Shown: piece by piece, positions 1 through 13,257 of the stretch | How positions within the stretch are numbered: position 1 is the stretch's first letter | Layout: every line of letters starts with the position of its first letter | DNA from: Octopus vulgaris | Taxonomy: Eukaryota | Length of the DNA stretch: 64,000 nucleotides | Assembly: GCA_951406725.2 (NCBI GenBank) | Contig: OX597821.1 | Location: forward strand, 38,316,001-38,380,000 | Reading direction: 5' to 3' | Program-made: the position numbers and the translations under genes | Notes under the pieces: generated by a model | Told to the model about the DNA's origin: nothing | What the model saw: the letters and a program-made list of their open reading frames with translations, nothing else | The model's database searches: none

Positions 1-749
1 GCGTACATAGTTTGATACATATATAGATGTATGTGTGTGTGTGTCTGTACGTGTGTGCATGTGTTGTGTGAGTATGTTAGTGTATGAGTATGTACATGCA
101 TGCACGTATGAGAATGTGTGTATATATATGTATTTGTGTAAAATAAAAGATTAAAAAATAATTTTAAAAATGTAAATATAAATGTTAACCGCTATCCTGA
201 AAATAGTGCCATATGTATGTATAGATGGATAAGCGTATATGTTGGTATACTTTTTAGATGATACGTATATTTGTGAGTGTGTGTAAGTGTCTATATGATT
301 GTATGTACTTGTATGTATGTATAAGTAAGGTTATATGTGTATATGTGTATCTAAGACGTTGTATCCATTCACCGTTAAACGGTGGTGAGAGGGACAAACG
401 CACACACCCACACATATGTGTGTCTATATATATGTATATGTGTGTGTATAACAGCCGTGTATACAACTTGAACAGACACATATCAGTACATAAACATACG
501 TTCACATCTACACACACGCGTCTACATTCCTAAATACTCACGTACATAAGTACATACGTACACACTTACATACTTACATGCGTATAGGCATGCACACATA
601 TGCATACGCGCGCCGCAGACACACACACACATACAATGAACTAACTGTCACTTTCTGAGATGCAGCACGGAATTTTGTCAGAGAACAGGTCACAATCTGA
701 AAGCGACGAAAATATTTTGGAAAATTAACTTATATATATATCATAATAA

Positions 750-1960
750 TACTTCGGGATTTTGGAAATGGGTAAATTGACGGAGAAAGAAATGACAGGA
801 ACATTTAAGGTGGAGTACTTGCGCAGACTGAGACTGATCCTTAAATGGACGGAATAAGATTGAAGCTATCAACACCTGCTTTCACTCCTTAGATATGGAG
901 CAGGGGTAATCGAATGGACAGCAGACGAACGGCTTGGACAGAACGACAAGGAAGTTGCTAACTAGATATGGGACACTCCACCCAAAAAGTGACACAGACA
1001 GATTGTATGTACCAAGAAAAAGACGGGGAAGAGATTTTATTGGATGCGAACACAGCATTAGAGCAGAAGAAAACAATATAGCATAGTGTGTAAAAATGCC
1101 ACAGAACTGCTATTATTAAAAGTAAGAAGGTCAGAAATTGAAAACGAATGAAACTGAAAATAGGTGGGTATAGAAAAGAATGCATGGTCAATTTCATAGG
1201 GATGTTGAAGATAAAACAGATAGAGAAAAATATGGCTGTGGATGACTAAAAGTGATTTAAAACCAGAAACGGAGGCTGTAATCTGTGCTGCCAAAGAGCA
1301 AGCACTAAGAACAAACTACATAAAATACAGATTAGCCAACAGAGCAGAAAGTGATAAGTGCAGAATCTGTGGACAAAATGGTGAAACCGTTTGGTATATT
1401 ACCAGCCAATGTACGCTGGTCATGACAATATAGCAAGAATTGTCCATTGGAAACTTTGAAATAAGTATGGACTTGACAGAGCAAAAAAGAATTACGAACA
1501 CAAACCCACAAAATCCTATGAGATTTCATGATTTAGTGCGACCACAAGATAGAGAATAGGAAACCTGACAGTGTTAATTGAGAAAGAAAGCAAACGAGGC
1601 TGGATCATAGACATAGCATGCCCAGCTGACAACAAGGTATGTGATAAGGAAGGGAGAAAAGTCGATGGATATAACAGGTTAGCTTGGGAGGTTAGGTAGA
1701 TGTGGTCGCTGAAAAAGGTGGTAATAGTACCAATAATTGTCGGAGCCCTGGGAACAGGGAGTAAAAATCTTAAGTACATGGAACAAATAGGGGCTGCATT
1801 TGTAGAAAACAGCACTGCATGGAACCGCCCGAATACTCCCGGATGTTGCTCGAAAAATAAGGGGTGTCACCTTCGCTCACTGGTGGGGAACAGCTGATAC
1901 CGTAGTACATCTCTAGCATTAGAAGCTGTGCAAAGACAATAAAATAATCATGGTAATAAT
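750..1960 (+). mobile_element. R4/Dong-type non-LTR retrotransposon, 3' fragment (RT C-terminus, CCHC finger, restriction-like endonuclease), decayed
   Basis: Translates across stops and frameshifts to LHPKSDTDRLYVPRK, ETEAVICAAKEQALRTN..CRICGQNGETVWYITSQC, RKPDSVLIEK..IIDIACPAD (PD..D endonuclease) and VPIIVGALG; flanked by TAA-rich repeats. Confidence 0.9.
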
Positions 1961-1964
1961 AATG

Positions 1965-2772
1965 CCTACCTTCAAGGAGCTACCAGGCCAACATATTAAA
2001 GAACGGCGGTAGCCCAACATGTGTATGTAAACAAGAAAATGAAACCATCGTTCATGTCTCCCATGTGCATCTGCAGAGTATCTCATCAGGCATGATAGAG
2101 TAGCACAGTATATTCACTGGGCGATGTCTAAAACTTAGAACTGCCCCATGATAAAAATGGTAGGAACACATACCACCTCCTGTGCTTGAAAACGACCACA
2201 TCTCACTCCTCTGGAACTTCACCGTTCAAACCGATAGAAAGATAGATGTGAATAGGCCAGGCATTATATTGAAGGATTTCGGACAAAAATCATGCCTCCT
2301 CATTGATATGATTGTCCCAGTCGACATAAATGTATTTGTCAAGATCTACCAAAACCTGACCAAGCATAAAGATCCTGAAATAAAAATTGGCACAATGTGG
2401 AACCTCAAGACTAAATCAATACCTGTTGTCACAAGTGCCCTAGGAATGATAGGGAAAAGGGCTGATTGCTACCTAGCTCAGGTACCAGGTAACCCAAAAC
2501 CGGCAAAACTTAAAAAGATAGTACTCATGGGAACTGGCCATATCCAACGTAAAATGCCGTATATGTAATCTCAAAATTTAAAACAAACTCAGAATTGTCT
2601 TACGTTTTCTTAAACATTTTCTAGAACCATACTTTGTACAAAACCAAATATATGCACCCGAGTCATAACACCAACAGGGACTTCTAACTTGTTGTCTCTT
2701 GAGGTCTCTGGGTGTGATTTGGAGTCAACTTGTACAAATACAAAGCAAAAGTCAAACGTATAATAATAATAA
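1965..2772 (+). mobile_element. Second, divergent R4/Dong-type LINE 3' fragment (endonuclease plus 3' UTR)
   Basis: ORF 2182-2568 LLWNFTVQTDRKIDVNRPGIIL..LLIDMIVP..IPVVTSALGMI; ends in (TAA)n at about 2760. Confidence 0.85.
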
Positions 2773-2873
2773 TATTTTCTACTCTAGGCACAAAGCCCGA
2801 AATTTTGGGGGATCGGAGCTTGTCGATTAGATCGACCCCAGTACGCAACTGGTACTTAATTTGTCGACCCCGA
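2773..2873 (-). mobile_element. SINE family B, 3' part
   Basis: Reverse complement matches the GGGGTCGA..AAGTACCAGTT..ACTGGGGTCGA body of the copies at 13258 and 45461. Confidence 0.8.
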
Positions 2874-2885
2874 ACTCCGAATTGA

Positions 2886-2919
2886 AACATAGCCTGGGCC
2901 TATACTGACCGAGACATAT

Positions 2920-2922
<3 letters not shown>
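2886..2922 (+). mobile_element. Extreme 3' tip of the CR1-like LINE family
   Basis: catagcctgggcctatactgaccgagacatatcaaa resembles cacggcctgggccaatactggccgaaacctatcaaa at the end of the LINE at about 55156-55191. Confidence 0.6.
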
Positions 2923-2973
<51 letters not shown>

Positions 2974-3280
2974 ACTATACATTCTTCAGATCTCTTGTAC
3001 TGTATCCAAACCGGGTTGCTTGAATCTTATTATTTTATTTGTACATTTTTAATTGCGTGTGCGCAGGTGTGTGTGCATGTGTGAAATACCATGTATTAAT
3101 TTATCGTTTTATTTGTTAGTGTGTCTGGGCCGATTGCAAATCATAGCCATGCGTCTTCGTTTTATTTTTCTGTTCTCAAGGGGATAAGAAATCTATTCGC
3201 GCAATTAAGTACTTATTCTCTCACTCATGTGCCTAAATACACCCACATACGCGCGCACAACCACCCACACACATTCATAT

Positions 3281-3341
<61 letters not shown>

Positions 3342-3499
3342 AGACGGAGTGAGTAAATACACGCGTATTCAATCGATCACCTATTCTCATCTACACGCAC
3401 ACACACTAAAACATAAATACACATGCATAGACATACACACCGATGTCAGTAACTGTGGTAGTTATAAAAATGCGGAGTAATATGGCGGTGGTGGAATCA

Positions 3500-3960
3500 C
3501 CAGCTACTCTTAAAATTCTATCTCATCAGCTAGGGATGACAAAAGCCCAGAATTTGGGGAACTGTCGAACACATCCCTGCAGCACTCAACTGGAACAGTA
3601 ACCAAGGATCGCAAATCTGAACGCATGTACACAGATACATTCCGACAGGCGCATGCACACACGCACGCACATGTATCTGTATGGTGGTGTGGAGATTTGT
3701 GCTAGGGGTTTGGCGGTGGTTTGTTGGTATCAATCTCGTCCTTCCCATCGAGTATGGCCAGTCTTTCTCATATGTACGTTGCATAATTTTGGTATGACAA
3801 TTACACGTCGATAGATTGCCGAAGTAGGCTTTTGTCTTTCCCTTCCAGTGTTTCAATGAAGCAGACGGTGGTTTCGCCAACATAAAACGTGGCAGAGTTC
3901 AAAATATATTCTCAATAAGTGCTGCTGCATAGTATTTCATATGAATCCCAAGGTGGTCAC
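3500..3960 (-). mobile_element. Penelope-like element 3' fragment (GIY-YIG endonuclease remnant)
   Basis: Minus strand encodes ATFYVGETT (YIG half-motif), KDK..SAIY; a degenerate CTGATGA hammerhead-like motif lies at its 3' end. Confidence 0.5.
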
Positions 3961-4131
3961 ATCGAAAGTGTTTATCGATTATAATTTATTATGTATAATT
4001 TGAAAAAAGCGAAAGGGGCTGACACAAGGGGTTGTCGCATAAGACGGAATATGAATGTATCAAATTTTGGCCAGGAATTCGCGTTACTTTTCTGTCTGTT
4101 ATGAAGATTGAATTCTTTTCATCGAAATGTA

Positions 4132-4133
<2 letters not shown>

Positions 4134-4181
<48 letters not shown>

Positions 4182-4553
4182 CATACATACACACATACAA
4201 GATTTTCAATATATTTGGATCTGTCTATACATTTGTTCACAGATATAGGCATACACATATGTGTGCACATAGTAAAAATAGAGAAATATATATACATGTA
4301 TTTATGTGTATGTATATATAATATGTATTTTTGTGTGTGTGTGTGCGTATGTATATATATATATGCGTGTGTATATAGACGCACAAATGTATACACATAT
4401 ACATATATATATGTATGTATATTTTCATGTACTTAGAAAATCATACACATATATATATATATAAGTATATGTGTATGATTGTCTAAGTACATGAAAATAT
4501 ACATATATATATATATATATATATGTGTATACATGTGTGCGTCTATACACACA

Positions 4554-4600
<47 letters not shown>
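4134..4600. repeat. (TA)n/(TG)n/(CA)n compound microsatellites
   Basis: Direct inspection; source of the YIYI ORFs. Confidence 0.95.
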
Positions 4601-4602
<2 letters not shown>

Positions 4603-5240
4603 CCGTATTACAAACCAAGTGGTGCATGGTATTAGTGAATGTGATTTCTTTTTTTAATTCACAATTTCCTGCTTGGTTTGCCAATTGTGACCGTAAACAC
4701 TTTCTGTCAATTCTATTATAATTATGCCTATGTGCGATGGAATTCTACCTTGAATACATTTCTGTACCCCTTAATCATTAATAAAATCCTTCCCTCCCCC
4801 ACTTCATGTCCAAATAAACACACTGACAACGTCCAATAAAATAACAAAATTTGTTTTAGTGATTCTTGAGTTAAAGATAAATGGCAAAGTACTTTGTCGC
4901 AGAATGGAAATTTAAAAGTGGTTTTCACAATTCGTTTACAGAAACTAACTACATGGAAATCGAAAACTAAATGAAACTAAGAAAACAAAAACAAAAAAAC
5001 AAAGAACAAGCAAACATGCTGTTCGTAGATTGAAAATACTATTGATTGCTTGGAATGGATATAGAATCCTATCTGGTGGGAAGCTGAGTTTCCACATGCC
5101 AGTGAATTTCTTTGGGAACATCTCAAAACAAAATAATTACATTGAAGTGTTTATTTGATATCTTTCGGTAGACTTATTGAAATATTATCAAATATAAGAA
5201 GGTGTGAAAATAGTATTTTTACAAATTTATGTCTCGCAAC

Positions 5241-5287
5241 GTGTATATATATATATGTATGTATATATGTATGTATGTATATATAGA

Positions 5288-5322
<35 letters not shown>

Positions 5323-5565
5323 GTGTGTATATATAAATATATATATATGTATATATAAATATATATATATTTATATATATGTGTGTATATATAAATATAT
5401 ATATATGTATATATGTGTGTATATATAAATATATATATGTATATATATATGTGTGTATATATAAATATATATATATGTATATACATGTGTGTATATATGT
5501 GTGTGTGTGTATGTTTGTGCTTTACACACATGCGAGTGTATATATATATATATATGCATGTATGT
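5241..5565. repeat. TA-rich compound microsatellite/minisatellite
   Basis: Repeated gtgtgtatatataaatatatatatatgt units. Confidence 0.95.
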
Positions 5566-6693
5566 ATAGAAATAAAGTTTCTGTACCATAAACTGAAGGC
5601 ATAGATTATTTATTGCAGTTATATGAATGTTATTTCATATCAAAAATAACAAGATCAAACTCGTCCTGGGAGAAAAGAATGGTGGTTTCGCATTTCAAAA
5701 GCCAAACATTAAGAGATAAATGGAGAGAATTTATCATTTTTTATATCAAGGGTTGAGAGATTTTTTTATTACTTTTACATTAGCAATAAAGAAAATTGCT
5801 TTAGTTTTATTCATACCCACACTTAAACCCAAAGGAACATATTAATGATCAACTATACAAGCAAATAACTCAATAAGCCTTTTGAATAGAAAGTACATGC
5901 AGAAAAAAAAAAATATCATAAATCTTTTGTGAACTGCGAATGAGTAGATTTCTAGATTATCGGTTTGAAGCAGAAAACTTGTTTTGCTTATCAATTTTCC
6001 AAATGGATTTGAATGTCGGCGGCTGAAGAGCTGGATTAATGCCAACTATTGAATATTGAACTCTTTATTTTTTAGTTTTTATACTTTGATGTTAACGGCA
6101 GAGCAAGACTGGTTTTTGTTTGAATCCCTACAGAATGTTGCATTCAAATGAAAAGCATGGTTTTGTTTATAAATTACTAAAATAATCCGTTCAGCTACTT
6201 GTTTTCTTTCACTTGTTTTAAGCGGGAGTAAATTGGTTATATTCCTTATGATATATGTAGATTTTTTTAAACTTCAATATGGTTGCTAATACACATTAAC
6301 GATCATGCTAAACCCGACCCAGGATAAATTGAAATCGTTCTCAAATTCTGTTACCATAAGCAACACGTTAATGAAATGAAAAACGTGCTTAACGGTTCGT
6401 ACATAAATAATATTGTTTATCAAGGTACATTTCACAAGAGAAAAATTTGTGTACATAACTGTGTTATCGCCGTTGAAGAATCTCAAATGATCGAACTGAC
6501 AAAGGAGAAATAGAGCTTCCATCACTGTCTATTCGGTCCCGTGAAAAGTTACGAATGGTGTATGTGTAGGGGTTTGTAATTACATATATACATACACACA
6601 CATGCACACATACAGGTGTATATATTTACACACACGCATATAAAGAAACAGAACATATGCATTATATATATAGAAAATAATATATATATATAG

Positions 6694-6729
<36 letters not shown>

Positions 6730-6745
6730 AGAGAGAGAGAGAAAT

Positions 6746-6799
<54 letters not shown>

Positions 6800-6821
6800 G
6801 CGTACATGTATGCACATACAG

Positions 6822-8150
6822 GCCTTTAGTTTTTGGCATCTGCTTTGCTTCCCCCTTTATGTATTGGGCATATTATTCCCTTCTTAAGCTTGCTTGGCAG
6901 TCTGCCATTTGCAAGAAAGCTCTGGAAGAGAATCTGGAGAGGTTTTGCCAGGGCACGCTTACACGATTTGAGGAGGATTGCTGGGAAACCTTCAGGACCA
7001 GCAGTTGAGTTTGTGTCCACTTCATCTATGGCTAATAGTATATCTTCTTCGCTAATGTCGATGTATTTCATCGTAACTGCCTCGCGGCAGGTGAGGCGGC
7101 AAAAGATCCACTGGTTCGTTCACATATCTGTGTTCCAACGCGGTAGGAAAGACACTTTTGAACTGGTCATTCAGTACCTCACTGATCGTTGTTGGACTGT
7201 CTGTGAGGGAGCTATCCTTTTGGCAGAGGGGTCCTATCTTGAAGCGTACTGAGGATGTTTCTTTCGCGTAATGAAAGAAGGCCTTTGGGTTTGACTTAAT
7301 GTTTGTTTATAACCTAGGCTTCTTTGTCTGCCTTCTCCCTCACATAGGATTGTTGCAACCTTTTTTTTAATCTCCATCAGTATTGTTTTTAGGCGGGACC
7401 TTTCGCTACTTTTTGGATGTTGGTTGAGTCAATTTGCAACCTTCGTCCGTCGTCTCATGAGGATCTTCCTCTCCCTTGGAATCTTGTTCCTATTTGTTTT
7501 GGCATTGTGCTCTGGGACATATTTCTGGCATATGGCGTGCACAAAAGACATGAAACATTCTAGTTTCGTGCCAATGTCTGGCGTGGAGAAACATTTCGGC
7601 CAGTCCAAAACATTGAAATATTTTAGTTTGTCAACATTGAAACTTATAACGGTTTTTCTATGTTTTTTGGGTTTTTTTGTGCCTACTAGCATTGTTCAAT
7701 CTTATGCTCTCTTAATGACTTTCTGGAGCTTAGAGTCGTCTGCAAATAGTTTAATGGCGCTATGTTCAATGTAATTTGCAATGCAATTAATACAGACAAT
7801 AAAAAAAACTGGACCCAGCACAGTACCCTGCGGGACTCCACAGATGACTTTTGCTGGTCTTGATTGGATGCCATCAATTACAACATGCTGGGTCCTGTTT
7901 GTTAGGAAATACCTAATCCATTGAAGTAGCTTTCCACCGACTCCAGCTTTGGATAGTTTCCTTGACCGTATATTGTGGTCGACTGTGTCAAAGGTCTTGT
8001 TGAAATTAAAGTATATGACATCCGCGTTGGAGCTCTCACTTAGAGCATTTAAGATATCATCAAAGTGGTGGAGGAGCCGTACTAGACTGTCCCTCCCGCA
8101 ATGAAAGCCATGCTGGTTACAATTTAGATTATTTTGTTCTAGGAAGGCTG
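6822..8150 (-). mobile_element. CR1/L2-group LINE ORF2 fragments (RT core plus pre-RT region), decayed and permuted
   Basis: 8150->7690: QHGF..DVIYFNFNKTFDTVDH..GVPQGTVLGP..LFADDSKL; 7690->6826: IDISEEDILLAI..STAGPEGFPAILLK..ICPIHKGGSKADAKN. Confidence 0.9.
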
Positions 8151-8229
8151 TTTTATAGATACACGGTGCTTGTTCGGTGCTTCTTAATTTATTTATGAGT
8201 GTGTGTGTGTGTGTGTGTGCGTGTGCGTG

Positions 8230-10030
8230 CGTGCGTGCGTGCGTGCGTTAGTATGTTCGTAAATAGTGAGACTGCATTCCAACTCTCCTGCTTGTTCTTC
8301 AATGATGGCTGTTTTGGTCAGGAAATTCTTTATCTTGCATTGAGCTTTGTCATAGCAAGGTTATTTTGTTGCTAACTAAACTGGTCCTTCGCAGAGCGCT
8401 CCGTTCACCTGCACCGCGTATCTCACCTACAACAACTCCATAACATCCATGGTCTCAGCTTTCATCCAATTTATTTTTGTCCTGACCTCGATACCTTTAT
8501 GGGAGACTCTTGATTTACAAATCTTTCGATATTTCAGCATTTCTCTTTTACTAGACATCATGAATGTTACTTTCTGATTTCTAATGGGGCCTCAGTTTGT
8601 GTTTAGCCCGTTCGAGACTTTGTTATTCAGGTTTTAAGGTACTTTCGTAGGAAACTGCTGTCTTTCTCTGAAAGTTCTTCATTGTGGTTATAGAGACTTC
8701 AGAGAACAAGAGAGATAAAGAAACTATGTTCCCAAGCCTTGAATTAGCTTGAGACAGGTTTCACTTATCCGCAGCAAATCAAGCTGCAAACTCGTGGTTG
8801 GGAGCCGAGATGGAGGAGGTTTCTCTCATGACGAGTCAAGCATCTTTCTCGTCCTTTCAATTGTTTCTTAGTTATAGATGGTATCTGGTTGATGATCTTT
8901 CCTTTCTTCAGCTCCAGAAATTGACTTTCACCGTCTTGAAGCTGATCCAACTCTTCTAGTCGCTTTAAGATCCGCCTGCTCCAAGACTGATGTTGTAATT
9001 GATGGCATCCACTCAAGACCAGCTGGGAACCTTGACTTGGTGAGCAACTGTCTGTAGACTTCATCAGCTTGGTCATAAGCATGAAAAAGATCAGCTGAAA
9101 TGGTATATGTTTCTCTACAGCCTGGAATTTTATAACCCAACAAAATGTTCAGGCGAAAGTTGTTGTAGTAGTCCAGGACGGTGTCTTTGGATCTGCCAAG
9201 GACACGGTGCTTGTTCGGTGCTTCTTAATGCAGCTTGTGGATAATGTTCATGCTGTGTATATTGGTTCCTTTCTATTGTTGATTCTGTCTATACAGAAAA
9301 AAAGTTATTGTAAACTCTCCTCAACAACAAGCGAAAGCATTTCTAAATAAATAATGCTACTATTTCATAGTTGAAAACCTGACTAACAGGAATAATTCTT
9401 TATCTATTACAAGTGAATTGGGAATATGATAAGTCTTCTAGGCTTAGTGAAGCATATTCGAATCACATTCCAGAATAGCTTTACAATGATAATATTTTTT
9501 AAACTTTTTCTCTGTCATACATTTCAAAGAGCCTTTTCTTTATTTCTATGGATGTCTTTGATCTCGGAATGTGATTGTTATGTTGCTCTCAAAAATTTGG
9601 CAAACAATTCTCTGAATATTTTTTTATCAGTTCTGTTGCGATTCGATTTTTAAATCAAACTGCTCAGCCTGTTAAAGTCTTTGTTTTATCTTATTTCGAC
9701 CGCTTCAAAGTTTTCCTTGTGGCAGTTTTCCTAGTTGTCTCTTTTAGTCTTTATGTTGTGATGTTTATCTCCATCATCAAACAACAACGCAGAAAACATT
9801 CTGTAAATCTTCTAGATTTTAACTATTTTCATACCAGACAATTTTATCTCTAAAAGTGAAGGCCACGTTATTAATATTTCTTTTCCAATCCCTTCAAAAT
9901 ATTTGAACAGGAATTAAGAAAATCAGGCTAAAAAGAGTTTGCCGGATAAAATTCGAAGGAGAGACGAAAACCGAGGTACTACTTAAGAGTGGTCCCGGTG
10001 CGCGCACTCACGTACTCGCGCAAGCTAGTC
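8230..10030 (-). mobile_element. Possible 5' UTR/ORF1 remnant of a LINE
   Basis: Broken coding-like minus-strand sequence upstream of the RT fragment, CpG-rich start near 10020, and a 28-bp exact copy of 9202-9229 at the RT junction; no recognisable motif. Confidence 0.3.
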
Positions 10031-10499
10031 GTGACTAGTCGATCCTACAGCGACTACCTAGCAAAGTAAATAAAACACAAAATAATTTTTTGCACCAAGT
10101 AAATAACGTAGAATGTTATATAAATATCAAATAAAAACCCGACTTCAAGGAAACTGCGATCCGTACGCAAAATTCTTATACTTTGGGAGCGGATCGTAAT
10201 TCGAATATCTAAACTTGGCCAAAGAAAATAACTTTGGAAAAGGTGCAAAGAGGGAAGAGATAAGAGAGAAACTAGAGGAAGGATGGAAGTAAGAGGTGTA
10301 CAGCAAAAGTAATAAAGGGAAGAATGGTGAAAGGAAGTGGGGAAGTAAAGAGTTATACAAAAACTTTATATTAATCGCATACGTTATGGCAGCAGTTAAA
10401 GACACTGTAGTGGTGTGTGTATAAACATGCGTATATATTATATAATTGTGTGAGCCGAAGTGAGCATGCATGTATATGTATGCATGTCTAACTATCTAT

Positions 10500-11929
10500 C
10501 GTTACCATCTGGTGGCCATAACCCGAATTTACAAAATCAACGAGGATAGGGTGAACCCAAAACATCACACCACGAAATCTTTCGTAAAATATTAACAATT
10601 GTCAGTATAAAAATAAACAGCAGGAGTGGCTATGTGGTAAGTAGCTTGTTTACCAACCACATGGTTCCGGGTTCAGTCCCACTGCGTGGCACCTTGGGCA
10701 AGTGTCTTCTGCTATAGCCTCGGGAAGACCAAAGCCTTGTGAGTGGATTTGGCTGAAGGAAAGAAGCCCGTCGTATATATGTATATATATGTGTGTGCGT
10801 GTATGTGTTTGTCCCCCTAGCATTGCTTGACAACCGATGCTGGTGTGTTTATGTCCCCGTCACTTAGCGGTTCGGCAAAAAGAGACCGATAGAATAAGTA
10901 CTGGGCTTACAAAGAATAAGTCCCGGGGTCGAGTTGCTCGATTAAAGGCGGTGCTCCAGCATGGCCGCAGTCAAATGACTGAAACAAGTAAAAGAGTAAA
11001 GAGAGCCCACATACAAAACAAATATATACACGAACAAAAAAGCTAATGCCACACCAGACGTGCAGCCAAAATATTTACAAAGCTAACATAGATAGAGTTC
11101 AGAAATTCGAACTCAGAATCCCAGTTTTGAGTTTCACCAAAATTGGCCTCACACAAAAACAGACCTCACAAATTTAGTTTTCAAAAATATGGATTCCAAA
11201 AATTTGGATTTCATAAAATCTGAATTTACATTTTAGTAGAAATTCAGTTTTGGAACCTTGGATTTCAAATCTCGGACCTAAACATAAATAAATCTAATGT
11301 CAAAGCAACCATTTAAACTAAAATTTCATGACACAAAACGGCTGCCAGACTACATCAATAATTATAATTAAAGAAATTAAATCTTCAAACAAAAAATCTA
11401 GTTTGCTTTAAATTCACACAAAATTGCTTCATACAAGCATGCCAACTAACCATTTGACAAAATTTACAGTTAGTTGTGAAATACAGAAAATTGGCTACAT
11501 GAAAAAATTAAATTCATACGCCCTTTACCTAGTTATACAAATTTTAACAATTATCTTAACAGAAAATAGCGAGCAAAATTACTACACAACCTGCTCCCAC
11601 AAATGCAGGCTTCAAAATTCACATAAATATTAAAACATAACTTAGAGTGTTTGTACTCACCCAGATGTGACACAGAAATTATGTTAAATCCGACAAAAGT
11701 TCCGGTAAACAAATCCATAAATGCCTAACACAAAGCACAAAGTACATAAACTGAACAGATAATCATAGCTTCCAGAACACACTGACAAAAAAACTGAGTG
11801 TTCTATTATTTCTCCTTATAAAGGTTTGCCAAGGTCTAGCCCATTTGTTAGAGTTTCACAGTTTTGGCTATTAACACCTAGCTCCCCCTATTTTGGCAAT
11901 GGACTTCATCCTGACCTTATAGGGCAACA
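10500..11929 (-). mobile_element. Possible solo LTR interrupted by a SINE
   Basis: Ends cGTTACC...GGCAACA (imperfect TG..CA inverted termini); minus-strand TATAA near 11820, TCAGTT about 25 nt downstream, GGTGAGTA donor near 11660; no TSD seen. Confidence 0.35.
10619..11004 (+). mobile_element. tRNA-derived SINE family A, full length
   Basis: A box TGGCTATGTGG, B box GGTTCAGTCCC, internal TA/TG repeat, tail GGCGGTGCTCCAGCATGGCCGCAGTCAAATGACTGAAAC; homologous to 43362 and 57092. Confidence 0.92.
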
Positions 11930-11978
11930 TGAAAAACTGTTTAACTGCTTAACTTAATATTTTAATTTATAATTTCCA

Positions 11979-12367
11979 AGGCGGTGAGCTGGCAAAAACG
12001 TTAGCACGCCACCCGAATTGCGTTCTGAGTTCAAATTCCGTCGAGGTTGACTTTGCCTTTCATCCTTTGGGGGGTCGATAAATTAAGTACCAGTTACGCA
12101 CTGGGGTTGATGTAATCGACTCAATCCCTTTGTCCTTGTTTGTCTGCTCTATGTTTAACCCCTTGTGGGTAGTAAAAAAATAGGTATTTCGTCCGTCTTT
12201 ACGTTCTGAGTTCAAATTCCGCCGAGGTCAACTTTGCCTTTCATCCTTTCGGGGTCGATTAAATAAGTCCCAGTTACGCACTGGGGTCTATATAATCGAC
12301 TTAATCCATTTGTCTGTCCTTGGTTTGTCCTCTCTGTGTTTAGCCCCTTGTGGGTAGTAAAGATAAG
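11979..12367 (+). mobile_element. SINE family B tandem/nested dimer
   Basis: Two body-plus-tail units with junction at 12183; whole dimer flanked by TSD ATTTTAATTTATAATT (11959 and 12368). Confidence 0.9.
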
Positions 12368-12579
12368 ATTTTAATTTATAATTACCTAACACTATCTGTC
12401 TGCCTGCCTGCCTTTCTGTGTGTATCTATGTATGTATCTACCCGTTTGTCTGTGTATATGTATGTATCTCTCTATCTAAAATTAAATAATAAGGGTAGAA
12501 ATTGATGTTAATCAATTAAAACCAGTGGCTTAGCATATTTAAATATCCGAAGATTAAAAATTATGTTACATGCAAAATT

Positions 12580-12732
12580 AAGAGGAATGACCACTAAACT
12601 GAACACCCTATATGCTAAACATGGACGTCAAATCGCCATTACTACGAAGAATGTTTCACATTCTTCGTGGTAATGGCGATCTGACGTCTATGTTTAGCAT
12701 ATAAGGTGTCCACTTTAGTGGTATGTCCTCTT
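12580..12732. repeat. Long imperfect hairpin (about 75-bp arms, 3-nt loop)
   Basis: aagagg..gacgtcaaatcgccattactacgaagaatgt ttc acattcttcgtggtaatggcgatctgacgtc..cctctt. Confidence 0.9.
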
Positions 12733-13257
12733 GTATGTATCTATCTATATTAGATGTAGAGAGTGTAGCATTTTCAAGATTTCTTTTTCTTTGAATGTGA
12801 ACAATACTCGATATATCTCATAAATTTCTATTTTTATATTTGGTTTTAAATATTAGATTCTCACGAATAGAGTTTTTGCACACTGGTGCGCGAGCGAAAA
12901 GGACGTTTTAAAGTGTGCTTTAGCCATGCGATGCTTATTCACAAATCAATCTATGATTACAGTATATTAGCAATCTTTGATGTGTTTAATATCGTAGTTT
13001 GCATAGTTTTAGAGAATATGGTGGTGAAAGACTGGAATATTTTAAAAACATTCTCATGGGTTTAAATCCCCACCATATTTATGGATAAGATATTGAATGT
13101 TCAATTATTACCATTGATAATTTGCCGTCTGAGTCTTTGCCTAAATGTTTAAAAGCATTCATTTGAAGCTGCCTACGTTCTGTGTTTTAATCTTGCGGGA
13201 GTAGTTTTGCTTTTCATTCTTCGACTGATCAAACAGGCATTAGAAATAAATTGTGTT

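Noticed and set aside
254-5604. Many YIYI/HTHT/CVCV ORFs here and throughout the window
   Set aside because: Translations of dinucleotide and tetranucleotide microsatellites
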